From Escherichia virus TH40, in sequence record MT446411.1: a stretch of 64,000 nt of DNA; one strand, 5' to 3'. The position numbers and the translations under genes were made by a program. Within the stretch, counting starts at the first letter, position 1; each line of letters opens with the position of its first letter. This document shows, piece after piece, positions 47,008 to 56,878 of the stretch. The notes beneath the pieces are model-generated. The model saw only the letters and a list, made by a program, of their open reading frames with translations. It had not been told where the DNA came from and did no database searches.

Positions 47008-47252
47008 TTTCCAATTAATACACCGTACAGAGGTTCGTGAGAAGACCTGAACTTGATAGGCTTATAGGTAATAGTACCTTCATTTTCTGCTTTAATACGA
47101 GCAGCTTCAAATTGAAGTATCATCTCATTTTTGTCAGATTTAATCTTATCAAAATCCGTCGAATTCGTCATTCATATAGCCTCTTAAACTTTTTCGTATT
47201 CGTCATTCATAAGTTTAAAAATCCGGGTGTTCGTCTTCAAAGCAACCGATAT

Positions 47253-47453
47253 TCATCGCTGCCACCACTTCTTAAGTTGATGTGAATCCACCCAAACCTT
47301 GGCCACGGGCTCAATCTGAAAAATACCATCAGAATACTGCCCAACCATTTTATATTCGGTTTCGGTCTGCTTGATACAGATATTACCATATGAGCGAAGT
47401 CTGAAAGCGGCTCCAACAAGAAGCCGTTTAAAAGGTTTATTTACTAATGCCAT
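47253..47453 (-). CDS. hypothetical protein
   Basis: 66-aa ORF. Confidence 0.4.
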   Translation of the reverse strand: MALVNKPFKRLLVGAAFRLRSYGNICIKQTETEYKMVGQYSDGIFQIEPVAKVWVDSHQLKKWWQR

Positions 47454-47748
47454 TTACGATTTCCCAAATTTGTTTGCGAGTAGTTTCCCACATCAACTTA
47501 ATCAGGTCTTCCGTAACTGGTTGACGGTAAATTCCACGCAGTTTAACTAAAGCATATTTGTATGCTTCAAAATTGTTTTCCAGCACTGCGCCTTGAGCAT
47601 GTTTATTCAGACGTGCAATTTCACGAGCATTCTTTTTCAGAATCTTCGCTGCTTGACTGGTTGCTTCGAGCGCGTTCGCTTCTTCGAGACGTTCCTGTGC
47701 TTCTTCAATCTGCTTATCGGTCAGTTGAGAAATATCTGGAGCTTGCAT
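47437..47748 (-). CDS. hypothetical protein
   Basis: 103-aa ORF. Confidence 0.5.
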   Translation of the reverse strand: MQAPDISQLTDKQIEEAQERLEEANALEATSQAAKILKKNAREIARLNKHAQGAVLENNFEAYKYALVKLRGIYRQPVTEDLIKLMWETTRKQIWEIVNGISK

Positions 47749-47749
47749 A

Positions 47750-48001
47750 TTAATCCTTGGGAGTTAACTCAATTGTAAAATATAGATTAGCATTATCTAC
47801 ATGATAACGGTAATCAACGTTATTATCCGGTGAAGTAAATTCCAGATTCCGGACGTTTAAAGGGTCGATATCAATTGGAAGACCTTTTATGTCTCGCAGA
47901 TAAAGTTTAATGAAATATGGGAGCGCAGTAAAGTCTTCCTCGATTTTATCTAAAAAATCGGTAATATCAAATTGATGTTCCATATAAAAAATCCAAATCA
48001 C
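47750..48001 (-). CDS. hypothetical protein
   Basis: 83-aa ORF. Confidence 0.45.
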   Translation of the reverse strand: MIWIFYMEHQFDITDFLDKIEEDFTALPYFIKLYLRDIKGLPIDIDPLNVRNLEFTSPDNNVDYRYHVDNANLYFTIELTPKD

Positions 48002-48524
48002 CTTCTTTATCTTTGGCGCTCTTATCAGACCCTGGCGCTTTAACTAAAGAGGATTCGTACTGTGTCATTTTGTCATAGATGTCCTGGATAAATGTTTCAT
48101 CAGCCAGAGCCACCATATCGTCGTCACGTGAATCATATACGTTATGGACGAAGTAGCTATATTTCTTTGCCATTTCTTTACGTTCTTTTTTGATACGCTG
48201 AACGAAAGCATTGAAGCAAGCCATTGTTATGTAAGCATGTGGATTATCGTATTTTGTTTCGTCGAAGTTGTGAAGACCTTTTATTGCGGCCTCAATTCCG
48301 TCTGCTATCATTTCTTGCTTCCAGGATTGGGTATATCCGGAGAAGTTGAAACGTTTGCTAAGACCTTCGGCTATAAGCATAATCGCCAGACCAATAACAT
48401 CGTTCTGGCGAATAATTTTGTTCGGGTTGGTGTTCGCATTCAGCTTCTGTTTCCACTCCGAAATAGCTTTCAAAAGCTCTTTATTATTTACATAGTTATT
48501 CTTGGTTAATTTAATTTCGTTCAT
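47967..48524 (-). CDS. 55: late sigma factor gp55
   Basis: 185 aa; ...[12 protein letters not shown]...[38 protein letters not shown] matches T4 gp55. Confidence 0.9.
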   Translation of the reverse strand: MNEIKLTKNNYVNNKELLKAISEWKQKLNANTNPNKIIRQNDVIGLAIMLIAEGLSKRFNFSGYTQSWKQEMIADGIEAAIKGLHNFDETKYDNPHAYITMACFNAFVQRIKKERKEMAKKYSYFVHNVYDSRDDDMVALADETFIQDIYDKMTQYESSLVKAPGSDKSAKDKEGDLDFLYGTSI

Positions 48525-48547
48525 ATCGCCTCACTTAGTATATGAAT

Positions 48548-48572
48548 ATTATATCATCCTTAATACAAAGCA
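48548..48572 (-). promoter_or_regulatory. MotA-type middle promoter (TGCTTTG box, 12 bp, TATAAT) for gene 55
   Basis: rc aaTGCTTTGtattaaggatgaTATAAT. Confidence 0.45.
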
Positions 48573-48839
48573 TTAGCGAAGTAAACAGTAAGCCTGAAAG
48601 ACCTTCTCCATAATTGCCTTAAATTCATGGATGTCAATATAAGGGATAACCTCGGCATCGCTAATGAATTCCATCAAACGGTCATGCTCGTTGCGGTATT
48701 GTCCTTCATTCAGCATACCGATATGGGACTCCCAAGAGCCATACCCTTCTGCGTGCGGGAAGAATGTTATTTTCATAAATTCATCCACCCAAAACGTTCC
48801 CAGGTCCTGGACGGATATCATTGTATGATTGATGTGCAT
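48573..48839 (-). CDS. hypothetical protein
   Basis: 88-aa ORF. Confidence 0.5.
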   Translation of the reverse strand: MHINHTMISVQDLGTFWVDEFMKITFFPHAEGYGSWESHIGMLNEGQYRNEHDRLMEFISDAEVIPYIDIHEFKAIMEKVFQAYCLLR

Positions 48840-49105
48840 CAGTACACCATCTGGGCAGCTTCTAAAACATCGTCAAGCTTATCAAACTGGTCAACATAAT
48901 CAATCCCACCAACTTCATCTTTGGCATACAACCAATACTGATGGAATTCATATTCAATAATAAAGTGGTCACCTTCAATCTGGAGAACACCAACATCATT
49001 AAATTGAACTGCATAACCCGTCAAGCGGACATCATTCAGGAGTTCTTCTTTCATAGTAATCATTTCCAGGTTTTTATCGTAATTAGAGAGTTTTATTTTA
49101 ATCAT
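48839..49105 (-). CDS. hypothetical protein
   Basis: 88-aa ORF. Confidence 0.5.
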   Translation of the reverse strand: MIKIKLSNYDKNLEMITMKEELLNDVRLTGYAVQFNDVGVLQIEGDHFIIEYEFHQYWLYAKDEVGGIDYVDQFDKLDDVLEAAQMVY

Positions 49106-49361
49106 TTAAGTAGTCCAGGAATTCGTCTAATGTCATGCCTTCCGCCCAAGCTTCCCAAGCATCGATTTTAGTGTACTTGGTTTTAGCACACATAGGATAG
49201 ATTCTGAATTCATATCCCATTGAAATGAAATAATTTAAAGTCCTTTGTAAATAGCAACCGTGACTAATTTTATGAGCTCGGCGAATTCCATTAGCATACT
49301 TATGTTTGTAAGATACTATTACCGCAACACCTTCAGGTAATTCAATAGCAGGGCACATCAT
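49098..49361 (-). CDS. hypothetical protein
   Basis: 87-aa ORF. Confidence 0.5.
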   Translation of the reverse strand: MMCPAIELPEGVAVIVSYKHKYANGIRRAHKISHGCYLQRTLNYFISMGYEFRIYPMCAKTKYTKIDAWEAWAEGMTLDEFLDYLND

Positions 49362-49684
49362 TTCGCACCCTTAACAATTTTTAGGTCAACAAAACCTTTC
49401 TTGCGCTGGGACTTCATACGCTTGATGGCTTTGTCAGAAACTTCTTTGTTTTCACGTGGAAGCGGCAGGCCAAACGCTACTACATCAAATTCATTCAGGA
49501 TATACTGGACAAGGCTTTCACGAATACGCGCTTTACCCATTGTCTGACCTTCTGCAATAATCAGTTTCTGTACATCGCCTTCCCACTGGTCCAGAATCTC
49601 AGGGGTAACAAAACCAGATTTCATCAGAGTGTTAACTTTAGCAAATGCAAAATTAGCGATGATGTTAGTGATAGATGCAGTCAT
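49358..49684 (-). CDS. hypothetical protein
   Basis: 108-aa ORF. Confidence 0.5.
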   Translation of the reverse strand: MTASITNIIANFAFAKVNTLMKSGFVTPEILDQWEGDVQKLIIAEGQTMGKARIRESLVQYILNEFDVVAFGLPLPRENKEVSDKAIKRMKSQRKKGFVDLKIVKGAK

Positions 49685-49727
49685 GATATATTCCTCAGTC
49701 TCATTAAATTAAAATTTTATTATCCTG

Positions 49728-49749
49728 GGGGTCATTATACCATGACCCC
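49728..49749 (-). promoter_or_regulatory. stem-loop GGGGTCA/TGACCCC carrying extended -10 TGGTATAAT
   Basis: Same stem arms as the ndd cassette; no clear -35. Confidence 0.4.
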
Positions 49750-49757
49750 GTTGGTTT

Positions 49758-49955
49758 TTACTGCGCTTTAGCGCCTTTCCAACCTTCGTACATCAATGCG
49801 GCCGATAATAATATTGTTCCTGCACATTTTGAATAATAGAGATTCCAAAACCAGTTCAGAAAAACTTCATCATCAATACCTTGAGCTATCATATTTTCAA
49901 AGAACTGACGACGAGATTCAGCAATTCGCTGTGATAATTTAGATTCAGGATTCAT
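49758..49955 (-). CDS. hypothetical protein
   Basis: 65-aa ORF. Confidence 0.45.
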   Translation of the reverse strand: MNPESKLSQRIAESRRQFFENMIAQGIDDEVFLNWFWNLYYSKCAGTILLSAALMYEGWKGAKAQ

Positions 49956-50087
49956 TTAAATTTTCCAGTTACCGTTTTCATCAATAAATTTAATCCAGTC
50001 ATTTACTGACCACTTAGTCGTATCGCCTTTTGGAGCAGAATTTAAAGCGTATAATCCTTGTTTAAAAAGCATTCGTTTGATATTCAT
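49956..50087 (-). CDS. small hypothetical protein
   Basis: Trimmed to MNIKRMLFKQ... with SD gaggaaaac. Confidence 0.35.
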   Translation of the reverse strand: MNIKRMLFKQGLYALNSAPKGDTTKWSVNDWIKFIDENGNWKI

Positions 50088-50094
50088 GTTTTCC

Positions 50095-50388
50095 TCAGCT
50101 GTAACGATAACATTCGTTTGATTTACGTTTTGCAACACGATGAGAAGTATTGTAATCCAAATCATCCTCAACGTATACATCTTTTTTCAACTGACGAACT
50201 TCTTTACGCAGTTGACGATTCATCTCATTCTTGACTTCTGAATCAACGCCACAAAAACGTTTCCATTTGTCCGAACGGAAGATATTTTTATTCAAAGTTT
50301 CTTCTGATACACCGTCAGGTGCTTTACGTCTAGCTATGCAATTAAAATCTTTAGAAGACAATTCTTTACGACGGATAGTTTTACCCAT
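50095..50388 (-). CDS. hypothetical basic protein
   Basis: 97-aa ORF. Confidence 0.45.
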   Translation of the reverse strand: MGKTIRRKELSSKDFNCIARRKAPDGVSEETLNKNIFRSDKWKRFCGVDSEVKNEMNRQLRKEVRQLKKDVYVEDDLDYNTSHRVAKRKSNECYRYS

Positions 50389-50390
50389 AG

Positions 50391-50645
50391 TTACCTCAAC
50401 AGTTTGTATCCAATAAGATTTTTAATGTACTGGATATCTTTGACATCCAAATCCAACTTAAGGTCTTTCAGACGGTCGCACAGGGTCAAAAAGGTTACAT
50501 GCTTCCAATTCTTCACTGGGCAGCAATAAGTCTTAGGACCATTTGCAATTTCAATATTCTTATCAGTGACGGTGAGAAAAATTAGGCGCTCATCATCCAG
50601 ATTAAGGGTAATGATATTTTTCATTGAGTGTAATTTCAGGCTCAT
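50391..50645 (-). CDS. hypothetical protein
   Basis: 84-aa ORF. Confidence 0.45.
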   Translation of the reverse strand: MSLKLHSMKNIITLNLDDERLIFLTVTDKNIEIANGPKTYCCPVKNWKHVTFLTLCDRLKDLKLDLDVKDIQYIKNLIGYKLLR

Positions 50646-50818
50646 AATTTAATTTCCTTAGCTATCGAACAAAACACTCCACGGTCACAAATCATTTTAA
50701 TACCAAGGTCAATTATGGTATACCACACATCCAGGCTAGATATTTCAGTTACTAAAACAGCTTTGCCGTTGATTGAATAATACTGGTTGACTTTAATTTC
50801 TTTATCTTCAATAACCAT
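50642..50818 (-). CDS. hypothetical protein
   Basis: Trimmed to MVIEDKEIKVNQ...; track extension is translated leader. Confidence 0.45.
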   Translation of the reverse strand: MVIEDKEIKVNQYYSINGKAVLVTEISSLDVWYTIIDLGIKMICDRGVFCSIAKEIKL

Positions 50819-50849
50819 TTTGTTTTCCTCATCAGTAGTTGATGGGATA

Positions 50850-50882
50850 ATGATACACCGTTCAAAGGGGCTTGTACACCCC
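50850..50882 (-). promoter_or_regulatory. early promoter cassette with TGTACA inside GGGG/CCCC hairpin; catcagtagttgatgg leader
   Basis: Hairpin 50867-50882 just after the glutaredoxin-like gene stop. Confidence 0.4.
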
Positions 50883-50885
50883 TTT

Positions 50886-51203
50886 TTAATCTTCAATTAA
50901 GTCCTGGTCATACCCCAGGGATATCAGTTTTGTTTTAAAGGCAGGAATATTTGTCATTTTTTCATCATTGACAAAAATCACTGGGTAACGAATGTTAAGG
51001 GTAGGATATCCAGCACGCTTAGCCAAAGACACGATTAAAGGCCTGTCATAAGCGATTTCAGAGCCTTGTTTGTTAAGGACTGAATAGAATGTATAAGGAA
51101 GGTTTAAGGAGCCCAGAAGGCTCCTGACGTGCATACAACCAGGGCATCGACCGACTTCTTCGGGGATACCATAGATTTCAATCTTAGTCGAGTTTTGGCC
51201 CAC
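50886..51203 (-). CDS. glutaredoxin/thioredoxin-like protein
   Basis: 105 aa; CPGC redox motif near N-terminus; near nrdG/nrdD. Confidence 0.5.
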   Translation of the reverse strand: MGQNSTKIEIYGIPEEVGRCPGCMHVRSLLGSLNLPYTFYSVLNKQGSEIAYDRPLIVSLAKRAGYPTLNIRYPVIFVNDEKMTNIPAFKTKLISLGYDQDLIED

Positions 51204-51483
51204 AGGAAATCACTCCTTGGTAGTTCCAGGTTTTAATAACTTCTTCATCGCTGGCGGTTGCATACGGGACATAAATCTGAATAAGGAAACCTGTGTCATC
51301 GAAAGAGAAATAAACCGTCGGTTTGATTCCATGAATCTCAGATAGAGCATAGATATCTTTAAGGTCTTCTTCTTTATCAGCAAAGAATTTCGGGTCCAGG
51401 TCACAGTCATGGAAGTACCATTCATCACCGAACTTGTCCCATGCGGTCCAATTAGTAGCTACATATTCTTCGAAACGTTTCAT
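51184..51483 (-). CDS. hypothetical protein
   Basis: 99-aa ORF. Confidence 0.45.
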   Translation of the reverse strand: MKRFEEYVATNWTAWDKFGDEWYFHDCDLDPKFFADKEEDLKDIYALSEIHGIKPTVYFSFDDTGFLIQIYVPYATASDEEVIKTWNYQGVISCGPKLD

Positions 51484-51695
51484 TCTTTCACCTTCATCAT
51501 TTTAGCAATAACACTATGGACAGCCTGGATTCGTTTGTCGAACTCAGACCCTTCAAGGCCCTTTTCAGTACTCAGGGCACCAATCATCACAAACAGCAAT
51601 CCAAATGGGATAACCAGGATTAAAAGGCACACAATAAACAGGGCAAATGTAATATTGGCCAGGATATCAGAAACAGCATTACGAAATTTATTCAT
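51480..51695 (-). CDS. small membrane protein
   Basis: Trimmed to MNKFRNAVSDILANITFALFIV... Confidence 0.4.
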   Translation of the reverse strand: MNKFRNAVSDILANITFALFIVCLLILVIPFGLLFVMIGALSTEKGLEGSEFDKRIQAVHSVIAKMMKVKE

Positions 51696-51809
51696 ATTTA
51701 CCCTTAATTGATTAACCAAGCATTGATAAGCACTAAACTATATTGTGAATAAAATTCTGGACCAAAATGAAAAATCATATCATTTATAGTATCCATAATA
51801 TAATTAAAT

Positions 51810-52280
51810 TTAATCATGTTTCCACACCCCATCGGTATTTGACCAAAGTCGCTGATTATCTGACCCTCGCCACAGTTTTTTGGTCGGAAGATTTTTATCA
51901 TACTTCCCATCAATAATAACATCAACATATTTAAGCATTTCTAGTTGTTTAATATCTTCAAACTTATATCCTGTCCACATCCAAATACTTTTATTTGGAT
52001 AAAGATTTTTAACAGTTTGAACCACAGAGTGAATAACCTCTCGGTTATCGGGATAGAGAGGGTCTCCTCCAGTTATAGTTAATCCTTCTATATAATCATT
52101 ATTCAAACATTCAATTAATTGTTCTAGTGTTTCACCAGTGAATGGAACTCCATTTCTAGCATTCCATGTTGATTTATTATAACACCCTTCGCATTTATGC
52201 AAACAACCTGTGACGAAAAGAACGACCCTGCATCCAGGGCCATTAATAAAATCACAAGGATAAATTCTATCATAATTCAT
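51810..52280 (-). CDS. nrdG: anaerobic ribonucleotide reductase activase NrdG (radical SAM)
   Basis: 156 aa; CLHKCEGC cluster motif. Confidence 0.9.
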   Translation of the reverse strand: MNYDRIYPCDFINGPGCRVVLFVTGCLHKCEGCYNKSTWNARNGVPFTGETLEQLIECLNNDYIEGLTITGGDPLYPDNREVIHSVVQTVKNLYPNKSIWMWTGYKFEDIKQLEMLKYVDVIIDGKYDKNLPTKKLWRGSDNQRLWSNTDGVWKHD

Positions 52281-54094
52281 TGGTGTTTAACCCTATGCAT
52301 GATTTCTTTATTTTTGCCGAGATTAAATCCGCGTTCGTTCGGATTTCCCAAATAACCGCAAGTTCTTCTTATTGTGTTCATCTTTTTAGGGTCAGTTTCT
52401 CCACAAATAGAACAAACAAATCCGTTTTCAGTAGGAGTCATTTCATGGGTACTTCCACACGTAAAACATTTATCTACTGGCATGTTAACACCAAAATAAT
52501 CTAAATGTTGCGCAGCATAATCCCATACAGCCTCAAGACCTTTTAAGTTATTTTTCATATCAGGAAGTTCAACATAAGAAATGTGACCACCTGTCGCAAT
52601 GAAATGATATGGAGCTTCGCGGGAAATCTTTTCAAACGGGGTGATATTTTCTTCTACTGAAACATGGAAACTATTAGTGTACCAGCCTTTATCAGTAACA
52701 TCCTTTACACTTCCATATTTTTCAGTATCAAGTTTACAGAAGCGATAACAAAGGTTTTCAGCAGGTGTAGAATACAAACTAAAAGCAAAACCGGTTCTTT
52801 CAGTCCACTGCTTAAGACGAGCATTCATTTTAGTTAAAATTTCTTGCCCAATATCACGACCGGCAAGAATATTCAATTCGTGAATACCAATGTATCCCAA
52901 AGACACTGAACTTCTACCGTTTTTAAATAACTCAATTATATCATCATCAGGTTTAAGACGAACCCCGAATGCACCTTCTTGGTAAAGAATAGGAGCAACA
53001 GTCGCTTTAACTCCTTTTAAAGAACTAATTCTACACATCAAAGCTTCAAAACACAAATCCATTCGCTCATTGAACAATTCGATAAATTTCTGTTCATTGA
53101 ACTGTGTTCCAATATAAGAATCTAACGCAATGCGAGGAAGATTCAGTGTTACAACGCCAAGATTATTACGTCCATCAAGAATTTCATTGCCAGTCGAATC
53201 TTTCCATACGCTCAAGAAACTACGACATCCCATTGGAGAAACAGGAATAGATGAGCCGGTGATAGCTTTATTGTTCTTAGCTGAAATAATATCAGGATAC
53301 ATTCTTTTGCTTGCACACTCTAGAGCAAGCTGCTTAATATCATAGTTCGGGTCGTCTTTATAAAGATTAACACCTTCTTCAACGAACATAACAAGTTTAG
53401 GGAAAATAGGAGTTATCCCATCGCGACCAAGACCTTTGATACGATTTTTCAGAATTGCTTTCTGAATCATTCGTTCAGTCCAGTCAGTTCCCGTGCCAAA
53501 CGTAATTGTCACAAAAGGCGTTTGCCCATTTGAACTAAAGAGCGTATTTACTTCATATTCATAAGCTTGGAATGCATCGTATACGTCTTTTTCTGTTTTA
53601 GATTGGGCATAATTCAATGCATCAGTGATTTGCCATTTTTCTGCATCTTCAATATGTTTTGCGTATGTACGTTTAACATAAGGAGAAAATACTTTGTCTA
53701 CATTAGCAAAAGTCGTTCCACCATATTGGTGAGAAGCAACCTGTGCAGTAATTTGTGCCATAATTGCAGTAGCAACACCAATTGATTTAGGAGTTTCAAT
53801 CTGCGCATTACCGAGCTTAAACCCGTTCTCAAGCATTCCTTTTAAATCTACTAAACAGCAATTAGTAAATGGAAGAGCAGGGGAATAATCAATATCATGG
53901 AAATGAATAATTCCACTTTCATGTGCTTTCATAATAAAAGACGCGACCATATTTTTGGCAATGTGTTTAGATACAATACCAGCCATAAGGTCCCGTTGAG
54001 TTGGAAAAACACGAGAATCTTTATTAGCATTCTCGTTTAAAAGGTCTTTATTAGTTTTATGAATCAATCCTTCAATTTCGTTTTCAATTGTCAT
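52277..54094 (-). CDS. nrdD: anaerobic ribonucleoside-triphosphate reductase NrdD, uninterrupted
   Basis: 605 aa; C-terminal glycyl-radical motif RRTCGYLG; Cys zinc site. Confidence 0.95.
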   Translation of the reverse strand: MTIENEIEGLIHKTNKDLLNENANKDSRVFPTQRDLMAGIVSKHIAKNMVASFIMKAHESGIIHFHDIDYSPALPFTNCCLVDLKGMLENGFKLGNAQIETPKSIGVATAIMAQITAQVASHQYGGTTFANVDKVFSPYVKRTYAKHIEDAEKWQITDALNYAQSKTEKDVYDAFQAYEYEVNTLFSSNGQTPFVTITFGTGTDWTERMIQKAILKNRIKGLGRDGITPIFPKLVMFVEEGVNLYKDDPNYDIKQLALECASKRMYPDIISAKNNKAITGSSIPVSPMGCRSFLSVWKDSTGNEILDGRNNLGVVTLNLPRIALDSYIGTQFNEQKFIELFNERMDLCFEALMCRISSLKGVKATVAPILYQEGAFGVRLKPDDDIIELFKNGRSSVSLGYIGIHELNILAGRDIGQEILTKMNARLKQWTERTGFAFSLYSTPAENLCYRFCKLDTEKYGSVKDVTDKGWYTNSFHVSVEENITPFEKISREAPYHFIATGGHISYVELPDMKNNLKGLEAVWDYAAQHLDYFGVNMPVDKCFTCGSTHEMTPTENGFVCSICGETDPKKMNTIRRTCGYLGNPNERGFNLGKNKEIMHRVKHQ

Positions 54095-54564
54095 TTTAAA
54101 CTCTTTCTAAGCTGCTTCTTAAATGAAGCCATTAATTGTGTTTTTGTGTCAGATTCATTATAAGTCATACCGTTCAAAAGCATTTCCCGAATCATTTCTT
54201 CTTTCCCCAGACGGCCAAACTCTTTGGCTTTGTCTGTTACAAAATTGGGGTGAATATTGTTTTCGGTATAATCAGATTTCAGATAGACAAGCAAACTCTC
54301 CAACCATTCCAGGTAGTCAACATCACGACCTTTCAGACCCGAACGGCTGAACTTATGCTTCATTTGCCCTTCTGTTCCATTGCACAGATTGCATAGTAAC
54401 CCGCGAACCTTACCAGCTTTTGGCCCGTTCAATTCGTGGTCATGGTCAAGATGGTTGGCCTGAACATCAGAGTCCAAATCACGGTGGCAAATTGGACACT
54501 TACCAGCTTGTGCATCATAAAGTTTTTGTTTTTCTTCTTTGTATAATTTGCCAGTCAACAACAT
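54091..54564 (-). CDS. 49: endonuclease VII gp49 (Holliday junction resolvase)
   Basis: 157 aa; MLLTGKLYKEEKQKLYDAQ.GKC.IC...HLDHDHELNGPKAGKVRGLLCNLCN matches T4 gp49. Confidence 0.9.
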   Translation of the reverse strand: MLLTGKLYKEEKQKLYDAQAGKCPICHRDLDSDVQANHLDHDHELNGPKAGKVRGLLCNLCNGTEGQMKHKFSRSGLKGRDVDYLEWLESLLVYLKSDYTENNIHPNFVTDKAKEFGRLGKEEMIREMLLNGMTYNESDTKTQLMASFKKQLRKSLK

Positions 54565-54599
54565 AATAAACCCTTACCATTATTAGATAAGGGTATTTA

Positions 54600-54785
54600 T
54601 TATTTTTCAAATGTGCTATAGAACGAACGATGCAACCGTTTAAATTGACGAATCATCTTTTTGGTAGGACGAGTATACAATCCCACACAGGTGGCCATAA
54701 ACTGGTCAGTAGGGCTTCCTTTGATAAGGAGTTTCCAGACCTTGTCACCGTTTAACTTTTCGGTATAGACTAATGCAGTTTTCAT
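54600..54785 (-). CDS. hypothetical protein
   Basis: 61-aa ORF. Confidence 0.4.
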   Translation of the reverse strand: MKTALVYTEKLNGDKVWKLLIKGSPTDQFMATCVGLYTRPTKKMIRQFKRLHRSFYSTFEK

Positions 54786-55057
54786 TAAACAATCCTAAAA
54801 CAAGGATAATGACATTCAACGTTACCATTATCAATTATCATATACTCAGTGATACAGGTCCATGACCCTTCAATTTCTATGGTATCAAAAAGGTATTCAT
54901 CTGTTTCAACAACGTCCCAAACATTACATTCAACATCAGGGTCAAAACGTTGTCTTAATGCCTGGATAACATCGCCATTTTTAAATCCTGCGTCTTGAAG
55001 CTCTTTCATAAATCCTGATTGAGCAGCCGCATGAATATTAACAATTTCTAAAAACAT
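54785..55057 (-). CDS. hypothetical protein
   Basis: 90-aa ORF. Confidence 0.45.
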   Translation of the reverse strand: MFLEIVNIHAAAQSGFMKELQDAGFKNGDVIQALRQRFDPDVECNVWDVVETDEYLFDTIEIEGSWTCITEYMIIDNGNVECHYPCFRIV

Positions 55058-55248
55058 TAAAAGGCCTCATCAGAAAAGCGGAGTTGAGCTTCAAGCCAAT
55101 GAATATAGTCAGCTGCAGCAAAAATTAAAGCAGATTCTTCATCGGGTAACTTACGAGAATCTGACAATTCGTAAAGTGAATGTTCAATCAAACGGCCTTT
55201 GTGGCGGCCAACTTCAATTTTGGTACTCATATCCAAACTCCATATCAA
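55057..55248 (-). CDS. hypothetical protein
   Basis: 63-aa ORF. Confidence 0.4.
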   Translation of the reverse strand: MIWSLDMSTKIEVGRHKGRLIEHSLYELSDSRKLPDEESALIFAAADYIHWLEAQLRFSDEAF

Positions 55249-55347
55249 TTAACTCATTGTTTGAAGGTTCATTATACTCTATTTCGGAATCGTTGTAAAC
55301 AGGTTCCTCTGGCTCGACGGTTTCCCATCGAGCGGTATACCATGGTT

Positions 55348-55668
55348 TTATAGCGTAATCCATTCTCTGATAGTTTGGGTTACGACACGTTCTTGGGGCT
55401 TAACCAGTTCAACAGTCGGGACCATATGGTCCCAGTCGGTATGATAAGAACCGGTACGAGTTTCGTTTACAGCCACATGCACATTATGTTTTTTGCTGAA
55501 ATAAATTGCCTGGCGATATTGGTATTTGCCGGTTTGTGTCCATTCGCCTAATTCAACCGGAACCAGGTAGTCCGAAAATTCAAACTCGTATGATTCAGTA
55601 AACGCATCATGGTCTTCAATGATTTCGCTTAAAACAGCATCAACATCTAATTCATTTTCAATAGTCAT
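55348..55668 (-). CDS. hypothetical protein
   Basis: 106-aa ORF. Confidence 0.5.
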   Translation of the reverse strand: MTIENELDVDAVLSEIIEDHDAFTESYEFEFSDYLVPVELGEWTQTGKYQYRQAIYFSKKHNVHVAVNETRTGSYHTDWDHMVPTVELVKPQERVVTQTIREWITL

Positions 55669-55973
55669 TGGTCACTCCAATAGCTTGATACTTCAAAATC
55701 AGGCTCGCCGTCGTCCCAGTACCAAGGACCAACCGGATGCCAATCGCCATGCTTATCTTCTTCATATTCTTCAGATTCAAGCCCAACGTATTGCCATTGG
55801 ACTTCATAAGCAGTGCCACCAATTACGACAGTGTTTTCACCATACGGGTTAGCCACAGCAAAGTCAATGCCTTCTTCTTTCGCCAGGGCTACCATGTATT
55901 CATAGAGTTTATATTCCAGGTCGTCTTCGTTACCATCGCCCAGATAAATTGTTTGTCCACTTAATTCACTCAT
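55665..55973 (-). CDS. hypothetical acidic protein
   Basis: 102-aa ORF. Confidence 0.5.
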   Translation of the reverse strand: MSELSGQTIYLGDGNEDDLEYKLYEYMVALAKEEGIDFAVANPYGENTVVIGGTAYEVQWQYVGLESEEYEEDKHGDWHPVGPWYWDDGEPDFEVSSYWSDQ

Positions 55974-55995
55974 AATTCCACCATAAATTCGTCAA

Positions 55996-56163
55996 TCATT
56001 TAAAGTTCCAGAATGAAGCACCGACCAGAAATAAAGGCCAACAAATCATTGACGTCAGCCACCAACAAAAATCACCTGCACCGAAATCATCTAATTTAGC
56101 TAGGGTCTTAGCATAGCCAATACCAATGATAATATACAAAACACCCAACATTAATTCAATCAT
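55996..56163 (-). CDS. small membrane protein (55 aa)
   Basis: MIELMLGVLYIIIGIGYAKTL...; start overlaps nrdC stop. Confidence 0.4.
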   Translation of the reverse strand: MIELMLGVLYIIIGIGYAKTLAKLDDFGAGDFCWWLTSMICWPLFLVGASFWNFK

Positions 56164-56423
56164 TTGAAATATTCTCGCAGTTGGTCGAAGCCACCAATAT
56201 GACTTCCGTCAGGAGCAAACACTTGTGGCATAGTCAAACCAATTTGAGATTCGCGACCAAGTGCAGCCAGGAGTTGGGTAATCTTCTCATCATCAAACAC
56301 ACCTTTTTCTGGCATAACGTTGATGAATTCGTAAGGTTGTTTTTTAACATCCAAAAAACGTTTTGCATTATCACAGAAAACACAGCGATGGATAGATGAA
56401 TCGTAACCATATACTTTAAACAT
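56160..56423 (-). CDS. nrdC: thioredoxin/glutaredoxin NrdC
   Basis: 87 aa; MFKVYGYDS.IH.CV.CDNAKR...GLTMPQVFAPDGSHIGGFDQLREYFK matches T4 NrdC. Confidence 0.9.
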   Translation of the reverse strand: MFKVYGYDSSIHRCVFCDNAKRFLDVKKQPYEFINVMPEKGVFDDEKITQLLAALGRESQIGLTMPQVFAPDGSHIGGFDQLREYFK

Positions 56424-56424
56424 A

Positions 56425-56682
56425 TTATTCCTTAATTCCTAATACTTGTTTGAAGGTCTCAGTATAATCGGGGTATTGACCGGTTTGTTCTTTATGTTTG
56501 ACCATAATACCATAAACTTCTGAACGCATATTATTATATGAACGAGTTAAAGCAGATTTCAATACTGAATAACTATCCGGAAGTTTACCGTGTTCTTTAT
56601 AATAGGCCAGAGTTAATTCACGGACCACTCTTTCAGCGGTCTCAACATATTCTTTACGCTTTGCCATTTTCTTCTCGCTCAA
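56425..56682 (-). CDS. hypothetical protein
   Basis: 85-aa ORF. Confidence 0.45.
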   Translation of the reverse strand: MSEKKMAKRKEYVETAERVVRELTLAYYKEHGKLPDSYSVLKSALTRSYNNMRSEVYGIMVKHKEQTGQYPDYTETFKQVLGIKE

Positions 56683-56878
56683 ATCGGTGTTTACAATGTC
56701 TGCATTTATATTGAAGCGGAGAGCTACGCCAATAAGTCAATTGGACCTGTTCAGTTCCGCATTCAGGGCAGTTCGGAACGTTTTTAGAAGCTTGTTCACG
56801 TCGTTCGACAATTTTAATAATCGCATTCCAATCAGGAATCCCGTATTCTGCGATATCTTCTCTTAAACGTTGTTTCAT
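56654..56878 (-). CDS. zinc-ribbon protein
   Basis: 74 aa; CPECG...CRHC. Confidence 0.45.
   Translation of the reverse strand: MKQRLREDIAEYGIPDWNAIIKIVERREQASKNVPNCPECGTEQVQLTYWRSSPLQYKCRHCKHRFEREENGKA

Noticed and set aside
52277-54094. Group I intron in nrdD, as in T4
   Set aside because: nrdD is a single uninterrupted 605-aa ORF through the glycyl-radical motif; no intervening sequence or embedded endonuclease.
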